Positions 1-8,172 of a stretch of 64,000 bases of DNA are shown one piece after another (position 1 is the first letter of the stretch; every line of letters starts with the position of its first letter). Position numbers and translations under genes: made by a program. Origin of the DNA: Candidatus Sulfopaludibacter sp. SbA3 (GTDB taxonomy: Bacteria > Acidobacteriota > Terriglobia > 20CM-2-55-15); contig CAMBFR010000007.1 in NCBI GenBank assembly GCA_945865815.1, positions 3,008 through 67,007 on the forward strand, written 5' to 3'. The notes beneath the pieces were generated by a model. That model saw only the letters and a program-made list of their open reading frames with translations. It searched no databases and was not told the DNA's origin.

Positions 1-1
1 C

Positions 2-2608
2 GCTCATGAAGCTGTCCTCAAGGCAAAGGCTCAGGTCGAACGGCTGGACCCGCTCGTCAATGACTGCTCCGCCCACACAGACCTCGCCCAACAAATTCAA
101 GGTTTGAGGGCATGCCGCGATGCCCTAAAGCCTTACTTCACGACGCTGAAAGCCGAACTCCTGCGCAGCCGCATTCAGACGCTCGACGAAGAACTGGCAC
201 GCCTGAATGTTCAGGTGGAACGTCTGGACGTCAAGAAAACGGCGTACGAATCCGATGAGCGCAAGTTGCAACTCGATATCAGTGAAAATGGCGGCGATCG
301 AATCGCTAGAATCGCTGAAGAGATCAAGGCGGAAGAGCAGGAATTGGCGCGAACATCAAACAAAGCCACTCGCTACCGGGAACTTGCAGGCAAGCTGGGT
401 TTCCCGATTCCATCGACCGCGGAGGATTTTCGGATCCTCATGGCCGGGATCGGGCCGATGCGCGACAAAGCCAAAACGCGCGAGGCAGATCTTCAGAATG
501 AGCTCACAGACAAAGGCGTGGCTTTCAAGCAAGGTGTTACGGAACACGAGGCGCTAAAAGCCGAGATCTCGGGTTTGCGTAGCCGCCGCACGAATATCGA
601 TCAAGCCCAGATTTCCATGCGCCACGTCATGGCCGGCGCTCTCAGCATCCATGAGTCGGAAATGCCATTCGCCGGCGAATTGATTCAGGTACGGGAATCT
701 GAAAAGGACTGGGAAGGGGCGGCAGAACGTCTGTTGCGCAACTTCGGTCTCTCTCTCCTGGTGCCGGACCATCACTATATGCGGGTCGTGGACTGGGTGG
801 AACGAACGCATCTGAGAGGACGCCTCGTATACTTCCGCGTCCGCAGCATGCTTCCTTCTGAGACTCCCTCCTTGCACCCCAACTCACTGGTCCATAAACT
901 CGCAGTCAAACCGGACACGTCGTTCTACAACTGGCTGGAACGCGAACTCACCCATCGTTTCGACGTGGCGTGCTCCGCCACGCAGGAACAGTTTCGCAGA
1001 GAAACACGAGCCATCACCCGGGCTGGGCAGATCAAGGGCCGCGATGAACGCCATGAAAAGGATGACCGTCATCGAGTGGATGACCGAAGCCGTTACGTGC
1101 TCGGCTGGAGCAATGAAGCCAAAATTGCAGCATTGGAAGCGAAAGCGGCGTTGCTGGAGGGAGAGCTACAACACCTCGGCAGCGAAATTGGAAGCCTTCA
1201 AGGGAGATTGAAAGAAGCACAGAACCGGATCGAGACGCTGAATGCGTTGGAGGCGTATCAGGACTTCCACGACATCGACTGGCAGCCAATCGCCGCCCAT
1301 ATCGAGGACTTGAAACAGGAAAAACAGCTCCTGGAACAAGCCTCCGACATCCTTAAAACGCTCAACGAGCGGCTTCAGGCAGTCATTCATGATCTAACCG
1401 AGACCGTGAAGGAGATCGAGACCAAAAAAGATCAGCGAAGCAAGACCGAACAGAAACGTGAGGATGCATCCAAAGCCTTCGAAGATGCAGAGACCATGCT
1501 CGCTTCCGCTACTTTGGATACACATACTTCGTCGGTCCCCCTCATCGAAGTATTTCGTATTGAAGCCTTAGGCGAACACACGTTGACTGTCGACTCGTGC
1601 GACAACCGCGAACAGCAGGTCCGGGAATGGTTGCAGAAGCGGATCGATGGGGATGACCAGAAACTAAGCCGTATAGGCCAACGGATCATCGATGCAATGA
1701 GGCGCTTCCGTGACGACTATCCGCTCGATACGCAAGACATGGATGTCAGCCTCGAAGCGGCTGACGAGTACGCGGGCCTGCTTTCACGTCTGCAATCGGA
1801 TGATCTGCCGCGCTTCGAATCTCGTTTCAAACAACTTCTGAATGAGAATACGATTCGTGAGGTCGCCAACTTCCAAAGCCAGCTCGCTCGCGAACGGCAT
1901 TTGATTCGGGAACGAATCCAGAAGATCAACGAATCCCTTACCAAAATCGACTACAACTCCGGGCGATACATCGTACTCGAGGCTGAGCCGAGCGCCGATG
2001 CTGAACTTCGGGACTTTCAGACCGCGTTGCGCGCATGTACGGAAGGTACGCTGACCGGATCCGAAGACGAGCAATATTCGGAGGCCAAGTTTCTTCAGGT
2101 GAAGCACATCATCGAGCGCTTCCGCGGACGCGACGGACAAACGGAATCGGACCGGCGCTGGACGAAGAAGGTCACGGACGTGCGAAATGCCTTTGTGTTC
2201 GCTGCCTCAGAACGATGGCGGGAAGACGACACCGAGCACGAACACTACTCCGATTCCGGAGGAAAATCCGGCGGACAGAAAGAGAAGCTCGCGTACACCA
2301 TCCTGGCCGCAAGCCTGGCATATCAGTTTGGCCTCGAGTGGGGATCCGAGCGGTCGCGTACATTCCGCTTCGTGGTCATCGACGAGGCATTTGGCCGAGG
2401 ATCCGACGAATCGGCTGAATATGGATTGCGATTGTTCGACCAACTGAATGTTCAATTGCTTGTTGTCACGCCGCTTCAGAAAATCCACATCATCGAACCG
2501 TTCGTTTCCAACGTCGGTTTCGTTCATAACGACGATGGGCGCTCCTCGATGCTGCGTAACCTGACGATAGAAGAATACCGTGCCGAAAAGGCCGCATATC
2601 GAGGATAG
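2..2608 (+). CDS. jetC: Wadjet/MksB-like SMC-family ATPase JetC, C-terminal part (5' end lies upstream of the window)
   Basis: The frame is open from base 2, with no stop before the TTG at 104. It has long coiled-coil-like E/K/L/Q-rich stretches. Near the C-terminus are the ABC/SMC signature-like SGGQKEKL and Walker B FVVIDEAFGRGSDES. The stop lies 6 nt before a JetD-type gene. Confidence 0.75.
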   Translation, partial: AHEAVLKAKAQVERLDPLVNDCSAHTDLAQQIQGLRACRDALKPYFTTLKAELLRSRIQTLDEELARLNVQVERLDVKKTAYESDERKLQLDISENGGDRIARIAEEIKAEEQELARTSNKATRYRELAGKLGFPIPSTAEDFRILMAGIGPMRDKAKTREADLQNELTDKGVAFKQGVTEHEALKAEISGLRSRRTNIDQAQISMRHVMAGALSIHESEMPFAGELIQVRESEKDWEGAAERLLRNFGLSLLVPDHHYMRVVDWVERTHLRGRLVYFRVRSMLPSETPSLHPNSLVHKLAVKPDTSFYNWLERELTHRFDVACSATQEQFRRETRAITRAGQIKGRDERHEKDDRHRVDDRSRYVLGWSNEAKIAALEAKAALLEGELQHLGSEIGSLQGRLKEAQNRIETLNALEAYQDFHDIDWQPIAAHIEDLKQEKQLLEQASDILKTLNERLQAVIHDLTETVKEIETKKDQRSKTEQKREDASKAFEDAETMLASATLDTHTSSVPLIEVFRIEALGEHTLTVDSCDNREQQVREWLQKRIDGDDQKLSRIGQRIIDAMRRFRDDYPLDTQDMDVSLEAADEYAGLLSRLQSDDLPRFESRFKQLLNENTIREVANFQSQLARERHLIRERIQKINESLTKIDYNSGRYIVLEAEPSADAELRDFQTALRACTEGTLTGSEDEQYSEAKFLQVKHIIERFRGRDGQTESDRRWTKKVTDVRNAFVFAASERWREDDTEHEHYSDSGGKSGGQKEKLAYTILAASLAYQFGLEWGSERSRTFRFVVIDEAFGRGSDESAEYGLRLFDQLNVQLLVVTPLQKIHIIEPFVSNVGFVHNDDGRSSMLRNLTIEEYRAEKAAYRG

Positions 2609-2614
2609 GACGCT

Positions 2615-4003
2615 ATGTACGGACCTGCGGAAATCATTCAACGTGCAGCCCGGTCATACCCTGCATATCTGCGGACGTTGATTACAGGGGAAGCCTTCTT
2701 CCCTCTGGTCATACCCTTTGGCAAAACATCAATCGGTCAGACAGATTTCGAGGTACTCCGCCGGGAAATCGCTGCGCTCAAAGCAACCCGTATGGGATTC
2801 ACCGTTGAATGGGTCGAGAAGACCGATCGCCGCTGGGGCCGCCAGCAATTCCCGGCAAGGATCTATTTTCCGAGCGCGCAGGATTACCTTTCATCTCTCG
2901 GAAAGCTTCGCGAAGCGGACCTCTTTGTTCAGAATGTGCAGTCCACGCAATCAATCTGTCCGGAACTCGAAGGATGGCTCGCCGGCAACGTATTGAAGGT
3001 TGTAGGGAACAGCGCAATCTGGTCGGAAATATTAAAAGTCTGCCGCTATTTTGTCGATAACCCTCGGCCCCGGAGGTTCATTCGCGCGCTTCCCATCGCG
3101 GTCGATACGAAATTTATCCAGCGAAACGAGGCGATCATCACGACTCTGTTGAAGTATCTCATTCCGGACTCCGTCGACGTTCGCGCCCGTGCTTTCGAAA
3201 AAAAATTTGGCTTGCTGTTCGATCCGCCCATTATTCGATTCCGTACATTGGATGAAGCCCTGCGACGGCGGCTCGGTCTGGTTTTCAAGGATATCGCCGC
3301 TCCTGCGACGGAGTTCTCGCAATGGGATCCATCCGGTATCTGCGTGGTTATCACGGAAAACAAAATAAACTTCCTCACTCTGCCCGACCTGCCAAACTCG
3401 CTCGGGATATGGGGCGGCGGCGGAGCCGTGAGCCTGCTTTCAGAATCTCGCTGGCTCGAATCATGTCGAATCATCTATTGGGGGGATATCGATGTCAGCG
3501 GGTTCGAGATCCTGAGCAGACTGCGGAGCAGTTTCCCCGAAACTCAAAGCGTGTTGATGGATGAAGCAACGCTCCAACGGTTCATTCACTTTGCCCAGTC
3601 CGGTAAAGGATCCATTATAGAAACACCGCCCAACCTTACTTCAGACGAACGGGCCGCGTTCAATAGAGTGATGTCGGAGAACCTCATGCTTGAGCAGGAG
3701 AAACTGCCGGACATGATTTCCAGACACGCACTTGAAGCTTTGATTTCGCGTTCGGCGAAAGACACTCATCCCATGGCGAACGCTGTGATCGTTGAAGGCT
3801 ATCGCAAAATGACACCAGTCCAGAAAATCGAACGAGTCCGGTCTCTGACACTAGCGATTCAAGAGCTCGCGCTTGCGGACATCCGCAGGCGACATCCCGA
3901 AGCCGATACTACCGAACAAGCCCTTCGGCTGGCATCCCGGTGGATCTCTCCCGAATTGATGCGCCGAGCATTTGGTTGGGACGCTCAAAAGGCCGGTTAT
4001 TGA
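2615..4003 (+). CDS. jetD: Wadjet JetD/MksG-like Toprim-type nuclease subunit (DUF3322 + DUF2220) with an in-frame 76-aa C-terminal extra module
   Basis: The motif IYWGDIDVSGFEILSRLR and the later MLEQEKLP are typical of the DUF2220/JetD C-terminal domain. The gene sits immediately after jetC. There is no stop between the JetD body and ATG 3773 (see findings). Confidence 0.75.
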   Translation: MYGPAEIIQRAARSYPAYLRTLITGEAFFPLVIPFGKTSIGQTDFEVLRREIAALKATRMGFTVEWVEKTDRRWGRQQFPARIYFPSAQDYLSSLGKLREADLFVQNVQSTQSICPELEGWLAGNVLKVVGNSAIWSEILKVCRYFVDNPRPRRFIRALPIAVDTKFIQRNEAIITTLLKYLIPDSVDVRARAFEKKFGLLFDPPIIRFRTLDEALRRRLGLVFKDIAAPATEFSQWDPSGICVVITENKINFLTLPDLPNSLGIWGGGGAVSLLSESRWLESCRIIYWGDIDVSGFEILSRLRSSFPETQSVLMDEATLQRFIHFAQSGKGSIIETPPNLTSDERAAFNRVMSENLMLEQEKLPDMISRHALEALISRSAKDTHPMANAVIVEGYRKMTPVQKIERVRSLTLAIQELALADIRRRHPEADTTEQALRLASRWISPELMRRAFGWDAQKAGY

Positions 4004-4590
4004 TGGCATCCGATCCATTCATCGTCATCGCGAAACTGGCTCAAGTGTTCAATGAGTTGCAAATCCAGTACGTCATCGGCGGGTCCATCGCCAGTTCAAT
4101 GTACGGGATACCCCGCGCCACGCAAGACGTCGACCTGATGGCCAGCATAAGACTCGAGCACGTCGACCGACTGACAGAGGCGCTTGAACAGGAATTCTAT
4201 GTGGCCGCCGAGTTGATCGTGGACGCAATAAACAGGCAGGAATCCTTTAACGTCATCCACCTGCGGACGATGTTCAAAGCGGACGTTTTCATTGCGGCAG
4301 ACAATGATTGGTCCCGCGACGAAATGAATCGTGCACGAACGGAAGTGTTACTGCCGGAAAGCGGACTCGCGATACGTTTCTCGAGTCCTGAAGATAACAT
4401 CCTTCACAAGCTGCTTTGGTACAGGACCGGGAAGCATGTGTCCGACAAACAATGGCAAGACATCATCGGAGTACTTCGGATTCAAAGCCGATCCCTGGAC
4501 TATACATACCTTGAACACCGAGCTGCGCTCTTAAAGGTGGGCGATCTGTTAGATCGGGCGAGGGCAGAGGCCAATACTGACCTGGTGTAA
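4003..4590 (+). CDS. Nucleotidyltransferase-fold protein (minimal NTase, AbiEii/DUF6036-like), possible toxin-antitoxin/Abi component
   Basis: GGSIASSMYGIPRATQDVDL matches the G-S...R-x-T-x-D-x-D NTase motif. ATG 4003 overlaps the upstream stop (TGATG). The ORF-track start at 3940 would overlap jetD by 64 nt, so the internal ATG is preferred. Confidence 0.6.
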   Translation: MASDPFIVIAKLAQVFNELQIQYVIGGSIASSMYGIPRATQDVDLMASIRLEHVDRLTEALEQEFYVAAELIVDAINRQESFNVIHLRTMFKADVFIAADNDWSRDEMNRARTEVLLPESGLAIRFSSPEDNILHKLLWYRTGKHVSDKQWQDIIGVLRIQSRSLDYTYLEHRAALLKVGDLLDRARAEANTDLV

Positions 4591-4594
4591 GGTG

Positions 4595-4912
4595 TTGCAC
4601 CGGCCGCACCCAGAATTTGTCAATCACGATGCGCTTCAGCATATTGACGTGGTCGAGATCGCCGAACCAGGCGTACCCGGTGTTCTCAGGGGTACCTGAC
4701 CAATAGTAGTCCGCCTCTACGCCGGTAAACGAAGTCGGTCCCTCGCTTATGCGCGCGGTCCCCGCACCGTTCGTCAGAGTCGGCCCGGTGCAGCCCAGTG
4801 TCTTGGCCTTTGCCATCGTCGCCCTCCACTCTGCATCCGTCGGCAGCCGCCAGCGGGAAGCAATTTCAAACGGGGTGGGCCGTGTATGGAAGTCGCATAA
4901 TGCCGCATCATG
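4595..4912 (-). pseudogene. DUF1566 (Lcl C-terminal-like) domain remnant lacking an N-terminus and start codon
   Basis: The minus-frame translation reads ...RWRLPTDAEWRATMAKAK...ADYYWSGTPENTGYAWFGD...FWVRPVQ, resembling the DUF1566 pattern WRLPT...YWSST...aW...VRxV. An in-frame stop lies at 4913..4915, with no start codon before the domain begins. The frame then reads through antisense into the NTase gene. Confidence 0.35.
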
Positions 4913-5115
4913 TCAACTCGACGAACGCCCAATGGGCCGACAGGCCAGGGCGGGCGGCGGAAATAAAGCACGGTACCGTACGGGGCACAAAGGAAATAAA
5001 CACACGAATCCAGCAGCCTCGATTTCTTGAGGTGTTTCGGATCATTCCAGATGAAGGATGGTTTCGTGGACATGAAAAATCCAGAAGCCGAAAGGTAGGT
5101 TATGCTTACAGTCGC

Positions 5116-6183
5116 ATGAAGGCAGGAATCATCGGGCTGGCCTCGGTAGGCAAAACAACCATATTTAATGTACTGACGCAGGGAAAGGCGGCGGCCGGCC
5201 CCGCAGCGGGCCGACGGCTTGAGCCGAACGTGGGAATCGTGAAGGTTCCCGACGCGCGGCTCGATTTTCTCTCGTCCAAGTTCAATCCCGAAAAGACAAC
5301 GTTCGCAACGGTGGAGTTCGTCGACGTGCAGGGCCTCGAGCGCGGCAAGGGCCAGGACATGGCGCTGGCGCCGCTTCGCAGCGTTGACGTGCTGGTGCAC
5401 GTTGTGCGCGCGTTTCAGGACGAGTCCGTCGCGCATTCCGAAGGAACCATCGACCCGGAGCGTGACAGGCGGAACCTGGACTATGAGCTGATGCTCGCGG
5501 ACATCGGGTCCATCGAGAAGAGGATGGAACGCCTTGAAAAAGACCTGAAGAAGCTCAAGAACGCTGCGGGAGAGAAAGAGCTCGCATACCTCGAGCGCGC
5601 GAAGGCGTGGCTGGAATCCGAAAAGCCGCTGCGCGAGATGGAAGTCAGCAACGACGAAAAGAAACTGATCAAGGGGTTCGCCTTCCTCTCTGAAAAACCG
5701 ATGCTCTATATCGTGAATGTGGGCGAAGAAGAAATCGACCGGCTGAAGCACCCCGAGGCGCACGGCACGCTGAGCCCCAACACCGAGCAGACCATTGTCT
5801 GCGGAAAGCTCGAAGCAGAGATGGCGGAACTGCCGGAGGAAGAACTGCGGACGTATCTCGCCGATTACGGCCTGCCGGAGTCGGGAGCGGAAAGACTGAT
5901 CCGAACGACGTATCGGCTGCTTGGCCTGATCTCATTCTTCACGGTCGGCGAAGAAGAATGCCGCGCGTGGACGATTACGCGCGGCACAAACGCGCAGAAC
6001 GCAGCCGGGGTGATTCACACGGATCTTGCGGATCATTTCATCCGCGCCGAGGTCTGCGGCTATGACGATTTCGTGAAGCATGGAAGCATGCACGCGCTGA
6101 AGGAGAAAGGACTGCTGCGCCTGGAAGGAAAAGAGTATCCGGTGAAGGATGGCGATATCATGACGATTCGTCACTCCGGATGA
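5116..6183 (+). CDS. ychF: Redox-regulated ATPase YchF (Obg-like GTPase family)
   Basis: The N-terminus MKAGIIGLASVGKTTIFN carries a P-loop. The C-terminal TGS-like segment reads AWTITRGTNAQNAAGVIHTDLADHFIRAEV...GKEYPVKDGDIM. The length of 355 aa fits the family. Confidence 0.9.
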   Translation: MKAGIIGLASVGKTTIFNVLTQGKAAAGPAAGRRLEPNVGIVKVPDARLDFLSSKFNPEKTTFATVEFVDVQGLERGKGQDMALAPLRSVDVLVHVVRAFQDESVAHSEGTIDPERDRRNLDYELMLADIGSIEKRMERLEKDLKKLKNAAGEKELAYLERAKAWLESEKPLREMEVSNDEKKLIKGFAFLSEKPMLYIVNVGEEEIDRLKHPEAHGTLSPNTEQTIVCGKLEAEMAELPEEELRTYLADYGLPESGAERLIRTTYRLLGLISFFTVGEEECRAWTITRGTNAQNAAGVIHTDLADHFIRAEVCGYDDFVKHGSMHALKEKGLLRLEGKEYPVKDGDIMTIRHSG

Positions 6184-6193
6184 TCGAACTCCG

Positions 6194-6919
6194 ATGACGC
6201 CCCTCATCCAATCCACGCTCTTCGCGATCGTCGCGGCGTTCGCCAACGTCATCGGCGGCCTCATTGTTACGAGGCACAACTGGGCGCGTCAATCGCTTCG
6301 ATACTTCATTGCTCTCGGAGCGGGTTTCATGCTCGGAACGGTTTTCCTCGAGATGGTTCCCGAGAGTTTTCGTTTGTCGAGTTCGGCGCCGGTGCTGATC
6401 CTGCTGGGATACCTCATCGTTCACACGTTCGAGCACGTGTTCGCGTCGCACCTGCACTTTGGCGAGGAAACGCATCACGAGGAACTCACGAATCCTGCCG
6501 TCGGCCTATCGGCGCTTGTCGGAATGCTCGTACACACCTTCTTCGACGGAGTTGCGATCGGCGCGGCATTCATGATTTCGGAAAGCCTGGGCTTTCTGGT
6601 TTTTCTTGCCGTATTCCTGCACAAGATTCCGGATGGCTTCACGATTTCGTCGATCATCGTCAGTTCGGGCTACTCTCCGGCGCGCGCTCTGGCCGCCGCA
6701 ACATCACTCGGTCTTTCAACCCTCGCCGGCGTGATCGCCGTACACATTGTCGGGAACGTCGTTGATTACGCCTTGCCGATCTCGACCGGATCAACGCTGT
6801 ATGTCGCTGCGACCGATCTCATGCCCGAAGCGAATCGGGAAAAGGGCGTCCGAATGGCGTTTCTGGTTTTTGCGGGAATGGGATTGTTCTTCCTGGTGAG
6901 GCTGGTGGCGCAGGGATGA
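6194..6919 (+). CDS. ZIP family metal (zinc) transporter, ZupT-like
   Basis: The protein is polytopic and hydrophobic. It has a His-rich loop HLHFGEETHHEE and the ZIP signature HKIPDGFTISS. Confidence 0.8.
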   Translation: MTPLIQSTLFAIVAAFANVIGGLIVTRHNWARQSLRYFIALGAGFMLGTVFLEMVPESFRLSSSAPVLILLGYLIVHTFEHVFASHLHFGEETHHEELTNPAVGLSALVGMLVHTFFDGVAIGAAFMISESLGFLVFLAVFLHKIPDGFTISSIIVSSGYSPARALAAATSLGLSTLAGVIAVHIVGNVVDYALPISTGSTLYVAATDLMPEANREKGVRMAFLVFAGMGLFFLVRLVAQG

Positions 6920-6961
6920 TTTCGAATTGCGAATCTCCGAATGGAGATTCGCAATTCGAAA
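6920..6961. terminator. Bidirectional hairpin between convergent ZIP and DksA-like genes
   Basis: A perfect 19-bp stem, TTTCGAATTGCGAATCTCC / GGAGATTCGCAATTCGAAA, encloses a 4-nt loop. Confidence 0.7.
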
Positions 6962-6972
6962 TTCGTGATTGC

Positions 6973-7386
6973 TTACAATTCTCCGTCGTCTCCGGAGTCC
7001 TTATTCATCATTCCGGCCATAACGGGCCGGGGCGAGCTTGATTCCCGTTCGGCTTCTTCCTGGCACTGGATGCAGAGCGTGGCCCAGGCTACGGCGAGCA
7101 GGCGCTTCTCGTTAATGTCTTCTCCGCAACGGACGCACTCACCGTATTCCCCACGGTCCATTCTCTTCAGTGCTTCCTGAATCAATTTCAAACGCTGAAA
7201 ATCGCTTTCATGAAGGTTATACAAGAGCTCTTTGCTGTGGCTGATCGTGGCCAGGTCGCCCTCGTCTTCCGTGTTTTCGAGCGTGATTTCTTCTTCAGCA
7301 AGCCGGTTCCGGTTGATCGAGCGGATCAACTTCTGGTGCTCCTCTGAGAGCCGCTGCCGGAATTTCTGAACTTTCTTGTCGTCCAT
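6973..7386 (-). CDS. DksA/TraR family C4-type zinc-finger protein
   Basis: CVRCGEDINEKRLLAVAWATLCIQC forms a CxxC-17-CxxC finger. It is preceded by a coiled-coil region. Confidence 0.8.
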   Translation of the reverse strand: MDDKKVQKFRQRLSEEHQKLIRSINRNRLAEEEITLENTEDEGDLATISHSKELLYNLHESDFQRLKLIQEALKRMDRGEYGECVRCGEDINEKRLLAVAWATLCIQCQEEAERESSSPRPVMAGMMNKDSGDDGEL

Positions 7387-7873
7387 TGTCGTTTCCTCTC
7401 TCTGTTAGCGAAGCTACATGGCTTCTTTGGGCCGTTGAGTATATGCCCGGTGTCCCCAATTTCAACCACGCTCTTTTGACGTTGAATCCTTATAAAGAGC
7501 GCTTGGCATCGCCGGTTTGACGCTGTCGGCTTCCCGACACCGCGAATGCCCTGCCCACATCACTCTCAAACCATAAGATGCACAAATCAAAGGGGAAAAC
7601 ACCGGCTGGCCAGCTCATTTCAGCCAGACCGCTTGCCAAAACAGCAAAGAGAACATAGCAAAAACTGTGCCAAACTTGTAGTAATTGCTGCGAGTCGCTC
7701 AAAAAAATATTCACGCGGCTTCCAAACCCCCACCACCATTGATGTTATCGGTAGTCAATGACGCCGATCCCACCGGATCAGCATCGGGTTCGGTGCGGAC
7801 CAGTTACGATTCCGCGCCATTTTCTGCAAAATTTGGTTCTGGGATTAGAATTAACAGGCATTAAGGAGGAAAG

Positions 7874-8110
7874 ATGGACGAACCGGTAACTGTAGTCTGC
7901 AATCCCAATGGTCCGTTGCGAGTAACGGGCAACATTATTATTAAGGATGGTCAAGGAAAGGAATTCGGCCTGGGAGGCCGCACCACGATTTCTTTATGCC
8001 GGTGTGGGCACGCTCAGAACAAGCCGTTCTGCGATGGATCTCATGGCCGCAATGGATTTCAATCGGTAGTCGAAGCGAGAGAGCTTCCTCCGCCAGCCCC
8101 GAAACCGTGA
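7874..8110 (+). CDS. CDGSH iron-sulfur domain protein
   Basis: It carries the CRCGHAQNKPFCDGSHG motif. An AAGGAGG Shine-Dalgarno sequence precedes the ATG. Confidence 0.85.
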   Translation: MDEPVTVVCNPNGPLRVTGNIIIKDGQGKEFGLGGRTTISLCRCGHAQNKPFCDGSHGRNGFQSVVEARELPPPAPKP

Positions 8111-8170
8111 ATTCCAGGGACGCACCCCGAATTCCGCCGTTCAGGAATTCGGGGTGCGTCCCTGGAATTC
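8109..8170. repeat. GAATTC-rich palindromic element (family B), copy 1; bidirectional terminator-like hairpin
   Basis: A perfect 26-bp stem, GAATTCCAGGGACGCACCCCGAATTC / GAATTCGGGGTGCGTCCCTGGAATTC, encloses a 10-nt loop. The left arm matches the arm at 57469..57495 at 23 of 27 positions. Confidence 0.8.
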
Positions 8171-8172
8171 AC

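Noticed and set aside
4774-5763. 329-aa ORF on the minus strand
   Set aside because: It is antisense to ychF and is a shadow frame.
7490-7714. 74-aa GTG-initiated ORF with one hydrophobic segment
   Set aside because: It has no Shine-Dalgarno sequence and no recognisable family. It is kept only as a remark in the finding on the 7387..7873 gap.
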